From a virus, in IMG/VR virus record IMGVR_UViG_3300009371_000232: 28,360 nt of DNA; one strand, 5' to 3'. The notes below the pieces were generated by a model. It did not search any database and was not told where the DNA came from. It saw only the letters and a list, made by a program, of their open reading frames with translations. Position numbers and translations under genes: made by a program. Of this stretch, positions 1-7,966 are shown in pieces (position 1 is the stretch's first letter; the number at the start of each line of letters is the position of its first letter).

Positions 1-119
1 AACACGACAGGATCACCGCGAGCATTCAACCCGGCATCACGCTGGAACGCCACCGGCATCGGTGACGCTGACGATCACCGCCGAGCATTCGACGGGCTGC
101 GAAGCCTGGCCAATGACGC
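1..119. repeat. Terminal overlap copy 1, identical to 28242-28360. The window holds one complete circular or circularly permuted genome unit of 28,241 bp.
   Basis: Base-by-base comparison of both ends gives 119/119 identity (aacacgacaggatcaccgcg...gcctggccaatgacgc). Confidence 0.95.
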
Positions 120-603
120 AAGCGCAACACGTGACGCGTCGGTCATGACCTATGCCGACATCATGGCTACTCGTGGTCTGATGGCGGGTGCACATGGCAT
201 CTCTGACAGCCTAGCGATGATTGTGTCGCCCGAGGTCATGGTCATGCACTTGCTTGATCTTGAGCAGGTAGCCACGATCGACAAGATCGGAGACAAGGCC
301 ACAGTGGTCACGGGCTCTCTGGCTATGCTGGCAGGCGCCCCAATTGTGGTATCAAGCCTGATGCCATCCAACGTCAACGCGACAGGGTACTTTGACGCGG
401 TGACAACGAACCTGACAGGGTACCTGTTCGTGGATACAGCACGCTATTTCATGGCAAATTACAAGCCTCTGACGACTGATATCCAGCGCGAAATTACGCA
501 AGGAATCATCGAGATCGTCGGAACCCGTAGAACCGCCCTTGCGAGCTACGATGCCTCGACCGTCAAGAACGTGGCCTACGGTTACAACGTCGCCACAAGC
601 TAA
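1..603 (+). CDS. Major capsid protein, HK97 fold, C-terminal part. It continues from 27438-28360 across the junction; the full ORF is 468 aa.
   Basis: The frame of ATG 27438 runs through the 119-bp overlap into track ORF 145..603, ending at TAA 601-603. The gene follows portal and prohead protease. It has an N-terminal coiled-coil delta-like region, then a core with EGCILNGDETAAHLD typical of HK97-type capsid proteins. Confidence 0.85.
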   Translation, partial: NTTGSPRAFNPASRWNATGIGDADDHRRAFDGLRSLANDASATRDASVMTYADIMATRGLMAGAHGISDSLAMIVSPEVMVMHLLDLEQVATIDKIGDKATVVTGSLAMLAGAPIVVSSLMPSNVNATGYFDAVTTNLTGYLFVDTARYFMANYKPLTTDIQREITQGIIEIVGTRRTALASYDASTVKNVAYGYNVATS

Positions 604-613
604 GGAGCCTGAC

Positions 614-841
614 ATGCCGACCCTACGATTCAAAGGATTCAGCCACACCGCCGTCTACCGGGGGCCTTCGGGCACCTGGGAGGCTGGCGATGAAAAGGAA
701 GTCACACCATCGGAGGCCGAGCGATTGCGCGGTTCCTTCGGTGATGCCTTTGAGCCCGTGGGGTCGGCTGTCGCCAAGCCCAAGAAATCGCGTGCGGTGA
801 AGTCACCCACCAAGCGCACGGCCAAGAAGGTGGCGAAATGA
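614..841 (+). CDS. Small protein (75 aa) with a Lys-rich C-terminal tail (AKPKKSRAVKSPTKRTAKKVAK); function unknown.
   Basis: ATG 614 lies 6 nt after AAGGAG (602-607). This is the in-frame internal start of track ORF 539..841. The gene sits between the capsid and head-tail connector genes. Confidence 0.6.
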   Translation: MPTLRFKGFSHTAVYRGPSGTWEAGDEKEVTPSEAERLRGSFGDAFEPVGSAVAKPKKSRAVKSPTKRTAKKVAK

Positions 842-993
842 AGTACACAGCAACACAGCGAGGGGAGTGGCCCACCGGCACCCACTGGACCGAGGGCGAA
901 ACCCGCGACATCGTGGTGCCTGATGGCGCCGATGCACCGGCATGGCTGAAGCCAGCCAAGGCCAAGAAGCCCAAAGCAAAAAAGGCCGAATAG
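838..993 (+). CDS. Small protein (51 aa) with a Lys-rich tail (KPAKAKKPKAKKAE), possibly a paralog of 614..841. It is below the ORF-track length cut-off.
   Basis: Hand translation: MKYTATQRGEWPTGTHWTEGETRDIVVPDGADAPAWLKPAKAKKPKAKKAE, stop TAG 991-993. ATG 838 overlaps the upstream stop (ATGA), with AAGGTGG upstream. It shares a G-T-W-x-E-G-[DE] core with its neighbour. Confidence 0.5.
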   Translation: MKYTATQRGEWPTGTHWTEGETRDIVVPDGADAPAWLKPAKAKKPKAKKAE

Positions 994-996
994 CAG

Positions 997-1599
997 ATGG
1001 CCATCATGACCGCAGAGCAGGCGCGCCTCTACATCAGAGCGATCCAGGGCAGTGCAGAGGACAGTACAATCAGTACGCTCGTGGCACGTGCCGATTCTGT
1101 TTTTGCGTCTTTTATCGGCCTGCCAGCACCCACTACGGGCGGCAACCCAACCTTGGAGGACACTGCCCACACATTGTACCTGGACGGCCCCGGCGGTCAG
1201 GCTCTGCAACTGCCGTACATGCCCATTCAATCCATCACCAGCATCCACGACAGCACGGACCGCACCTATGGGTCAGGCGACCTGGTGGCGGGGTCTGATT
1301 ACGATCTGTTTGGCAGCGAGGGCCTGGTGTATCTGAAGGACTCCAGCGTTCACGGGTCATGGTCCGGCACCACGCGAGCCATCAAGGTGATCGCGACGAT
1401 CGGATGGACTGCCGTACCCGAGGCCATCCAACACGCGGCGGGGCTCCAGACGGCCTTCTGGTTCAAGAATCGCGACCAGGTGGGCTACTCCAGCATAAAC
1501 CAGGGCGGCGGCAGCGTCAGCATCGCGGCACTGGGTCTACTGCCCGAGGTCCAAGAAGCGCTCCAGCCATATCGTCAAGCATCGACCTGGGTGGGCTGA
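997..1599 (+). CDS. Head-tail connector/adaptor protein (gp6-like, Phage_connect_1-like).
   Basis: Position after the capsid gene. N-terminus TAEQARLYIRAIQGSAEDSTISTLVARA, internal LQLPYMPIQSITSI and C-terminal AFWFKNRD resemble gp6-type head-tail adaptors. Confidence 0.6.
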   Translation: MAIMTAEQARLYIRAIQGSAEDSTISTLVARADSVFASFIGLPAPTTGGNPTLEDTAHTLYLDGPGGQALQLPYMPIQSITSIHDSTDRTYGSGDLVAGSDYDLFGSEGLVYLKDSSVHGSWSGTTRAIKVIATIGWTAVPEAIQHAAGLQTAFWFKNRDQVGYSSINQGGGSVSIAALGLLPEVQEALQPYRQASTWVG

Positions 1600-1601
1600 G
1601 C

Positions 1602-2015
1602 ATGGCCACCATGACCCTGGAACGATTCCATGAGAAGCTGAACACCCTGGTGAAGACCGGGGGCCTGAGTAGGGCACTGGCGGCGGGTGCTGCTGAGTTG
1701 GGTAACGAGATGGAGAACACAGCCAAAACGAACTATCTGACCGGACCACGACCGGCCAAACTGGGCGTGGTGTCGGGCGACCTGCGGCGGTCGGTCAAGT
1801 GGAACACCAGATCCACCGGGTCTGGGCTTCGTGTCTGGATTCAGGCGGGCGGCGGGCCTGCCGCCGTTGACTATGCTGACAAGCATGAATTGGGCATCGG
1901 TGTACGCCAACGCCCGTTCCTGCGCCCAGCACGCGCCGAGGGTCTCGGAATGGCTCCCCGGATATTCACCAAGCACGTCGCCGGGGCTTTGCGCTCCGGT
2001 CTTGGCGGTGCCTGA
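1602..2015 (+). CDS. HK97 gp10-family head-tail joining protein.
   Basis: ATG 1602 lies just after the stop of the previous gene. SGDLRRSV...VDYADKHELGIGVRQRPFLRPA matches the remembered HK97 gp10 family pattern (tG.Lr.S...Ya..vE.G....PFlrPA). The upstream part of track ORF 1359..2015 overlaps the previous gene out of frame. Confidence 0.7.
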   Translation: MATMTLERFHEKLNTLVKTGGLSRALAAGAAELGNEMENTAKTNYLTGPRPAKLGVVSGDLRRSVKWNTRSTGSGLRVWIQAGGGPAAVDYADKHELGIGVRQRPFLRPARAEGLGMAPRIFTKHVAGALRSGLGGA

Positions 2016-2479
2016 TGGCCAGCCTTGAACGTCAGATATTGGAGCGGGTGCAGAACCGAATCCAGACGGTGAACGGTGCCGGGTCCTACACCTACGACCT
2101 GAGCACTGCCGACCAAGTGGTATTCGGTGATCGGTTCAGCCCCGACCGCTTGCCCGGTGTCTATATCAACATGATCGATACCACCACCAAACAGGAAGCA
2201 GGGCGAACTGTCCTGTCCCGGTACGATCGCGAAATGAAGGTCCAGATTGAAATGTGGGCAGGGGTCACCAGTTCAACGCCAGGGCTGGCGATGCTGGAGG
2301 GTGCCGATCTGTTCGCAGATGTCCGGCGCTCCATCGAGAGTGACCGGAGCCTGAATAACCTGGTGCGGGATGTCGAATCAGTAGCGGCAAGCATGGACGG
2401 GTCTGCGGCTGAACGCCCAGGGCTGGCCTTTGCGGTGATGATGCTGACGATCAAATACACTGAAACGGCGGGTGCCTGA
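2015..2479 (+). CDS. Neck or tail-terminator-position protein (function inferred from position only).
   Basis: TGATG start/stop overlap at 2013-2017. A 154-aa protein lying between the gp10-like gene and the tail tube gene. Confidence 0.45.
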   Translation: MASLERQILERVQNRIQTVNGAGSYTYDLSTADQVVFGDRFSPDRLPGVYINMIDTTTKQEAGRTVLSRYDREMKVQIEMWAGVTSSTPGLAMLEGADLFADVRRSIESDRSLNNLVRDVESVAASMDGSAAERPGLAFAVMMLTIKYTETAGA

Positions 2480-3267
2480 TGAGTTGGATGGACAAGGACT
2501 GGACCCACCGAGCGGCTGTCAGTGTGGACAACACGGCATCCTCGGCAACCCAGGAAGACGTGACGATCGCCCTGCCGAGCGAGTGGCCCGAATTCTGGGG
2601 GAATGTGAACAACACAGGCGACGATGTGCGCGTCACCGATGCCGATGGCGTCACCCTGGAGACCTATCAACTGGTCAGCTTCAACAGCACCACGCGCACC
2701 GGTTCAATCGAAGTGGACAATGTGGGGCTGGTGGACATCGATGGATCTGTTGCTGCGGTAGCGGGTGTTCTGCTGTGGGTCTATTGGGGCAACGCCAATG
2801 CGACAGCGGCGGGTGGTTCGTTCACCGCAGCAGGCACAGCCAAGACAGGCACCGTCCAAGTCGGCACACCGGGCAGCGGTTCGCAGCGGGTGGTCATGGC
2901 ACGGCCCGAGACACCAGGCAGCACCAACCCCCGCACCGAAGTGCACAAGGCGGCATCAGAGACTATCCATCTATGGTGGAACCTCTCCGGGGTGCTGGCA
3001 ACCAGGCACATTCCGTCACAGGGCTCGCGTGCGTTCGAGGAAATACATAACGTCAGCTATGATGTCGAGACAGCCGGTAACCCGGTGCCGTCCATGGTTG
3101 ATGCAACGTCGATCAGAATGGTCGGGCCTGGCTGGGTCCGCACCACCATCAAGGCCGGGGCATCCGGCACCAATTACGTTGCGCTCTTGGCGGTCGAATT
3201 GACCGAGGGCCGCAAGCTCGATTTCAGAACCACCATCCGCGTCAAAGACGTAACAGAACCATCATAA
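2479..3267 (+). CDS. Virion-module protein with a DUF2341-like N-terminal domain.
   Basis: TGATG overlap with the upstream gene. WTHRAAVSVDN...EDVTIALPSEWPEFWGNVNNTGDDVRVTDADGVTLETYQLVSF...LLWVYWGNANATAAG resembles the remembered DUF2341 (PF10102) consensus (W.yR..i.i....l..f.v.v.l...f....g.DiRf.d.dG..L.y.ie.w.....vWVk...iymYYGN..a). Confidence 0.5.
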   Translation: MSWMDKDWTHRAAVSVDNTASSATQEDVTIALPSEWPEFWGNVNNTGDDVRVTDADGVTLETYQLVSFNSTTRTGSIEVDNVGLVDIDGSVAAVAGVLLWVYWGNANATAAGGSFTAAGTAKTGTVQVGTPGSGSQRVVMARPETPGSTNPRTEVHKAASETIHLWWNLSGVLATRHIPSQGSRAFEEIHNVSYDVETAGNPVPSMVDATSIRMVGPGWVRTTIKAGASGTNYVALLAVELTEGRKLDFRTTIRVKDVTEPS

Positions 3268-3281
3268 ACTGGAGGCCCTAA

Positions 3282-4232
3282 ATGGCATCAATCTACCACG
3301 GCAGAGGGGCCAGCATCGGCTTCGGAGAGGAAACGGGAAGCACTTACGGCGTCGCCGTCGCACGCACCAACTGGAGGCCACTGATCAGCAGCAGCCTTCT
3401 CAGGACCATCGAGAAGGTGCCACGCCCGACCCTGCGAACGGGTGCGGCGGGTGCTATGCGGCGGGCACATATCATATCCGTCGATGGCGCCGGGGGAAAT
3501 TTCAGCGTGGAATGTGATTACAACTCCATCGGGATGTTGTGCAAGCATCTGATGGGCACCGTTGTCGATTCAGCAGGCCCCGCACCATTCACGCACACGT
3601 ACACATTCTCCAACACCCTGCCGATCGGACTCACCATTGAGAACATCCGAGGCACCGGCACCAGCGAGGTCTTCGAGGGGTGCAAGATCAACACCGGCAC
3701 ATTCGCTGTTAGCGCCGGCGGCGTGATGACGTTCGATGCGGCGGTCATCGCCGAGACATCAGCGGCCCGTGGATCGGCAGGTACGCCAACCATCGCTGCC
3801 ACCGATGCCCCGGTGCTTCACTCCCACGCTGGGCAGTTGTCATTCAACAGCGTCAACTATGACGTGATCGACATGAGCCTGGTGGTGAACAACAGCCTCG
3901 CAACCCGTCAGAAGCTGGGCAGTGCGGCCACCCTGGAGCCACTGCGGTCGGACTTTCAGAGCGTTGAAATGAGCGTGACCGTTGAGGTGGATGATGTGCT
4001 GATGGCGGCCTACATCGCTGATACCGAATCGGACGCGGTGATCACATTCACCAGCGGGTCGGACGTGTTCAAGTTCACGATCCACAACGCCTATCTGTCC
4101 GAGTGCAGCGACCCCGTTTCGGATGCCAACGTCATCCGGCAATCGCTGACCCTGGTGGGACAATCAGACGGCACCGATGAGGGGCTGAAGATCGAGATCA
4201 CCAACGCCAACGCAAGCGGAACATCTAACTAA
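3282..4232 (+). CDS. Major tail (tube) protein.
   Basis: GGAGG 8 nt upstream. A 316-aa beta-rich protein immediately upstream of the chaperone pair and tape measure gene, which is the canonical siphovirus order. Confidence 0.7.
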   Translation: MASIYHGRGASIGFGEETGSTYGVAVARTNWRPLISSSLLRTIEKVPRPTLRTGAAGAMRRAHIISVDGAGGNFSVECDYNSIGMLCKHLMGTVVDSAGPAPFTHTYTFSNTLPIGLTIENIRGTGTSEVFEGCKINTGTFAVSAGGVMTFDAAVIAETSAARGSAGTPTIAATDAPVLHSHAGQLSFNSVNYDVIDMSLVVNNSLATRQKLGSAATLEPLRSDFQSVEMSVTVEVDDVLMAAYIADTESDAVITFTSGSDVFKFTIHNAYLSECSDPVSDANVIRQSLTLVGQSDGTDEGLKIEITNANASGTSN

Positions 4233-4258
4233 ACAACACGCTCAACCGGGAGGAAACC

Positions 4259-4780
4259 ATGAGCATTCTACACGCAATCAGGAACGCATCCATCGATGAG
4301 GTGGAAGCGGCTGGCCTTTTGTTTAGGGTCCGGCGCATATGCAGCGCCGATCTCGCGAAGGTCGGATTCGCTGCCATGGCGATGGCAACACCAGAGGCAG
4401 ACGAGGACATGGACGTTGACGCCATGATGAAGCGGATCAACCCGAAGCAAGCCGCAGACCTGGCGGCACTTCAGGAGGCCACCGTAGCAGCGGGCACCAT
4501 GGCTGTCGGTGACGGGGAGGGGGCCTGGGATGATCTCAAGCTGGTGATCGACAAGACCCGAGAAGACCCCGACACGGGTGTACTGTGGGTGGGCTCGCTG
4601 CCTGCCGGCGTGTCTGATCAACTGTTCACGCGCATCATGTCGCTGTCTACGGACGGGGAGGAAGCGGCCAAGCGGCTCGCGTCTTTTCGCAAGCCAACCG
4701 GAATACCTGCTGATGATCGGGGAACTGGCCAAGATGTTCGGGAAGTGGCCCCACGAAGTGCTGGAGTTGGACCCGTATGA
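4259..4780 (+). CDS. Tail assembly chaperone (gpG-like).
   Basis: GGGAGGA at 4248-4254. An acidic 173-aa protein between the tube and tape measure genes. Its 3' end is overlapped by a second ORF in another frame. Confidence 0.65.
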   Translation: MSILHAIRNASIDEVEAAGLLFRVRRICSADLAKVGFAAMAMATPEADEDMDVDAMMKRINPKQAADLAALQEATVAAGTMAVGDGEGAWDDLKLVIDKTREDPDTGVLWVGSLPAGVSDQLFTRIMSLSTDGEEAAKRLASFRKPTGIPADDRGTGQDVREVAPRSAGVGPV

Positions 4781-4895
4781 ATTGGGCCTTGCCATGTTGG
4801 TCTATACCGAGCGCGACAAGGCGAGCACGCGGATCATGGAGTCCATGTCTGCCAAGGGGCTTCCAGTGTTTCCTGCCGTCGTGCTCAAAGGGTAG
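4689..4895 (+). CDS. gpT-like extension of the tail assembly chaperone. It is reached either by recoding near 4683-4688 or by independent initiation at ATG 4713.
   Basis: The frame-0 ORF ends at 4895, 3 nt before the tape measure ATG. Only its distal part (ASQPEYLLMIGELAKMFGKWPHEVLELDPYELGLAMLVY...) looks protein-like. The W-P-x-E-x-L-x-L-x-P-x-E-L motif resembles GTA/siphovirus chaperone T segments. Confidence 0.5.
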   Translation, partial: ASQPEYLLMIGELAKMFGKWPHEVLELDPYELGLAMLVYTERDKASTRIMESMSAKGLPVFPAVVLKG

Positions 4896-4898
4896 ATA

Positions 4899-7061
4899 AT
4901 GGCCGGTGATGTGATCAAGATGGTCATCCAACTGGATGACAAGGCAAGCCCAGCACTCAAGAAGGTCGAATCTTCGACCGAAGCAGCGGGCAAGGCATCG
5001 GTGAAGTCTGCCAAGGGCTTCAAGATGTCCGGCGCTCAGTTGGCCAAGATGGGTGCAATGGCCCTGGGCGCGGCGGCGGCATTCGGTAAGATGGTCCAAG
5101 CCCTGGCCGATAGCCGCAACGAGTTGATCGACACGTCCACCAGGACCGGCCTGGCTACGTCCACAATCGCTGGGCTCCGGCTGGCTGCGGAAGGTTCCGG
5201 GATGCAGTTTACGAGCCTTGCAGCGGGGCTCCAACAGCTACCGAAGCGCATGTCCGACATGGCCAACGGAACCGGCGAGGCTAAAAAGGCATTCGAAGCC
5301 CTGGGCGTCAGCGTGTTGAATTCGTCCGGTGAGCTACGATCCGCAGATGATGTGCTCAAGGAATCATTAAGCAAGATCCTTGCGCTGGAATCGCCGACGC
5401 AGAAGGCAGCGCTGGCCACCGAGTTATTCGGGCGATCAGGGACAGGTATGCTCCAGGCCCTGAGCGGCACAGAGCTACAAGACTTCGTGGACCAGGCTGA
5501 GCGCTTCGGGGTCAGCGTCGGGCCGGATGCTGCCAAGGCTGCGGGGGATTTCCAACGGGAACTGGCGACCTTCAACATGATCACAGAGAAGGCAAACGAG
5601 ACATTCCTGTCTGCGTTTGGGCCTGGGCCCGGCGGTGCCAGCAGCATGCTCAAGGTATTCGGAGCCACACTGATCGGCGTCACGACGATGTTCAAAAGTG
5701 CCATGGACATCGGGCGTCGTTCGTTCGGCGTGATCACAGGCGCAATAGCGGATCTACTTGCCGCAATCATGCATCTTGGCGACGCGATGGTGCAGGTGTT
5801 TGCGGGTGACTTTGAGGCGGGCGGAAGGTCTGCTAAAAAATCGCTCGCTGTAATCAAGGCGGGAATAGTCACAGCCGCCGAAGAAACGGCCGGCGTTTTT
5901 GTGGACAACATCAGTGCCAAGGCTGTCCGTGATGGCATAGCGGCGGGCATGGCAGCATTCGACGCACCCACGGCGGGCACAGGTGGCACTGCCCAGCGGC
6001 AGGCATTCAGGACGCCCACAGGTGCCGAGGATGGCGCAGGTGATAGCAAGGCAGCAGATAAGGCAGCCAAGGACCGCGAGAAGGCCCGTAATGCTGCGGA
6101 GGCAGCCGCCAAGAAACAGGCCGAAGCATGGGCGCAGATGCTGATCGACCTGGATGAATTGAACGCTCAAATGAAGGCCCTGCCGTTCGAGATCGGCGGG
6201 GCTGTGTTGGAGGGTATGGCATCACCAAAAACTGGCATACTGGACGCGATCAGCGCAGCGGGTCCAACGGGTTCGGCGATCGCTGGTATCATGGGCACAC
6301 TGTCGTCGATGGGTGAGAAGGGTGCCAAGGCAATCAAGGCAGAGTTGAAGGGCTTCATAAGAAGCATGATCGTGGGACTGACCGAGGTACTGCCCGAGTT
6401 GATAGGCGTTCTGCCGGTGGAGCTAATCAAGGCAATTCCGAAGCTGATCAGTGGCATCGTGAAGGCGGTGCCACTGATCGCCAAGGCCATGTTCATCGAC
6501 CTGCCGAAGCAGCTTATCCAGACGTTCGGTCGGTGGCTGGTCAAGGCGATCGGGGGCTTCTTCCGGTTCTTCATCGATGACATGCCCAGCGCGATATGGA
6601 AGGGCGTCAAGCGGTGGTTCAAGGGTGCGATCAAGGCATTCAAGGACATGATATCGGACCTGAACCCGTTCAAGAAAAAGGGCGGCATATTCACGCCAGA
6701 GACCAAGAAGGGGCGCCGCCGGTTGGCGGTTGCTACGCTTGGCATCAGTGAGGTCGTGCGAGGCGCCAAGGGGCTTGTGAAGGGCTCCAAGCAGACCGGA
6801 GGGTTTACAACGGGCGGCACTGGGCTTTATATGCTCCATGCTGGTGAGCGCGTGATTCCGGCTACCGGTGCATCCACGTCAGCGATGGAGGCCGCAGCGG
6901 GCAACATAGGCAGCGGGCAGGCCATCACCATCAACACCAACGTGGTTGACCCGAATGCGCTGGAGTCGTTGGGCCGCCTGCTCGATCGACAGTTTGGCGA
7001 GAAGGGCCGGTCACGGGCTGGCATCTTCTCGAACCCTGAGCCCCTCGGAGGGTTGGTGTAA
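4899..7061 (+). CDS. Tail tape measure protein (720 aa).
   Basis: The largest gene, Ala/Gly/Lys-rich and helical. The N-terminal core (TSTRTGLATSTIAGLRLAAEGSGMQFTSLAAGLQQL) resembles the TP901-type TMP core. At about 0.15 nm per residue the tail would be roughly 108 nm long. Confidence 0.9.
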   Translation: MAGDVIKMVIQLDDKASPALKKVESSTEAAGKASVKSAKGFKMSGAQLAKMGAMALGAAAAFGKMVQALADSRNELIDTSTRTGLATSTIAGLRLAAEGSGMQFTSLAAGLQQLPKRMSDMANGTGEAKKAFEALGVSVLNSSGELRSADDVLKESLSKILALESPTQKAALATELFGRSGTGMLQALSGTELQDFVDQAERFGVSVGPDAAKAAGDFQRELATFNMITEKANETFLSAFGPGPGGASSMLKVFGATLIGVTTMFKSAMDIGRRSFGVITGAIADLLAAIMHLGDAMVQVFAGDFEAGGRSAKKSLAVIKAGIVTAAEETAGVFVDNISAKAVRDGIAAGMAAFDAPTAGTGGTAQRQAFRTPTGAEDGAGDSKAADKAAKDREKARNAAEAAAKKQAEAWAQMLIDLDELNAQMKALPFEIGGAVLEGMASPKTGILDAISAAGPTGSAIAGIMGTLSSMGEKGAKAIKAELKGFIRSMIVGLTEVLPELIGVLPVELIKAIPKLISGIVKAVPLIAKAMFIDLPKQLIQTFGRWLVKAIGGFFRFFIDDMPSAIWKGVKRWFKGAIKAFKDMISDLNPFKKKGGIFTPETKKGRRRLAVATLGISEVVRGAKGLVKGSKQTGGFTTGGTGLYMLHAGERVIPATGASTSAMEAAAGNIGSGQAITINTNVVDPNALESLGRLLDRQFGEKGRSRAGIFSNPEPLGGLV

Positions 7062-7966
7062 TGGGCACGAGCAAAATTTACTGGTTCCCCACATCGACCG
7101 AGGTGTCAGGCCGCCAAGAGATTGACTTCGGCGAGATACTGAGCGACCTGCAGATCACACCATATCGCGTGGTTTCAGATGCGGTCAGTATCGGCGGGGC
7201 ATTCAGCCGGGTCGCCAGACGGTCTGGGATGCGGGTGCGCATCATTCACGAACGGTTCAGTGATGATGCCCTGGCTGAGAAGCTGTACAGTCTTCAGAGT
7301 CACCTGGAGGCGGGTGGTGCCATCTCGTTCGCTGTGGATTCTGACAACGCATATGCGGCATTCAACACCGCCGGGTCATCACTGACCGGTGGGGCGACGA
7401 CGCATTTGATGGAGCCTGAGTTGTTGAGCACGTACGGCGGCGGAAACCCGGTATTCGGTGACGTGTTCCACGTGGAAAGCTTCGGAGCATCGCCACGGCG
7501 CGAGGAAGTGCGCGTCCAGGCGTTCGCCAGCGGCATCCGAGAGCTAACCATGCAGACGGCGCTCAAGTACAACCACGCGCGGCCGATCCTGTTCCGCCAT
7601 CGTGACTTCTTCCCGGCTCTGTTTTGGCCCGAAGGTCAAATGGGTAGCCCGATATTGACGCACGACCATCGAATTTCGTGGACGCTCGACATGACCCTGG
7701 AGGTCTACCCGGCGCACTTGCGGACCATGGCCGACGGAGCCGACCAGGATGGCCTGGATATCGCGGGCACCCTGGCCGACCCGAAGGCTTCCGACCTGGA
7801 CTCTTTGATCCTTGGTCCGCTGGGGTCAGCGCTTGACAGTGGCGGCGGCGGTGGCGGATGGGCAGCCAGCCCCAAGGAGCCCGAGTCAGGCATCGAGGGC
7901 GCGGGGTACACGGCAGGCGACCCGCTGGGTGATACCATTCGCAAGCTCGGCATCTTGGGGTACTGA
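7061..7966 (+). CDS. Minor tail protein in the distal-tail-protein position.
   Basis: TAATG overlap with the tape measure stop. It is the first gene after TMP and contains a G6 linker (7841-7858). Confidence 0.5.
   Translation: MGTSKIYWFPTSTEVSGRQEIDFGEILSDLQITPYRVVSDAVSIGGAFSRVARRSGMRVRIIHERFSDDALAEKLYSLQSHLEAGGAISFAVDSDNAYAAFNTAGSSLTGGATTHLMEPELLSTYGGGNPVFGDVFHVESFGASPRREEVRVQAFASGIRELTMQTALKYNHARPILFRHRDFFPALFWPEGQMGSPILTHDHRISWTLDMTLEVYPAHLRTMADGADQDGLDIAGTLADPKASDLDSLILGPLGSALDSGGGGGGWAASPKEPESGIEGAGYTAGDPLGDTIRKLGILGY

Noticed and set aside
11-93. An imperfect 20-nt internal direct repeat inside the capsid gene (GATCACCGCGAGCATTCAAC at 11-30 versus GATCACCGCCGAGCATTCGAC at 73-93).
   Set aside because: It is short, differs by an indel so the two copies are read partly in different frames, and lies in ordinary coding sequence. 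It is most likely coincidental or a trivial micro-duplication.
2472-3202. Alternative-frame + strand ORFs. Examples: 2472..3050, 2765..3202, 942..1298, 1052..1336, 26806..27276, 27006..27290, 23141..23428 and 23851..24237.
   Set aside because: They overlap better-supported genes out of frame, and their products are Arg/Gly/His/Pro-rich strings with no recognisable motifs.
4259-4780. A canonical -1 programmed frameshift for the tail chaperone.
   Set aside because: Frame arithmetic rules it out. A -1 slip from the 4259 frame lands in the frame with codon starts at 1 mod 3, which contains no ORF reaching the tape measure gene. The downstream ORF is in the +1 frame.
5036-6112. Long minus-strand ORFs. 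Examples: 5036..6112 (358 aa), 4647..5234, 6167..6820, 9613..10314, 14201..14854, 15473..16165, 16657..17364, 21097..21630, 21705..22376, 22763..23356 and 26450..27151.
   Set aside because: Each lies antisense to a + strand gene with strong motif or positional support. Their translations are Ala/Arg/Pro/Ser/Gly-rich and low in complexity, as expected from the reverse frames of GC-rich coding DNA. None has a plausible RBS or its own intergenic space. I found no support for any minus-strand gene.
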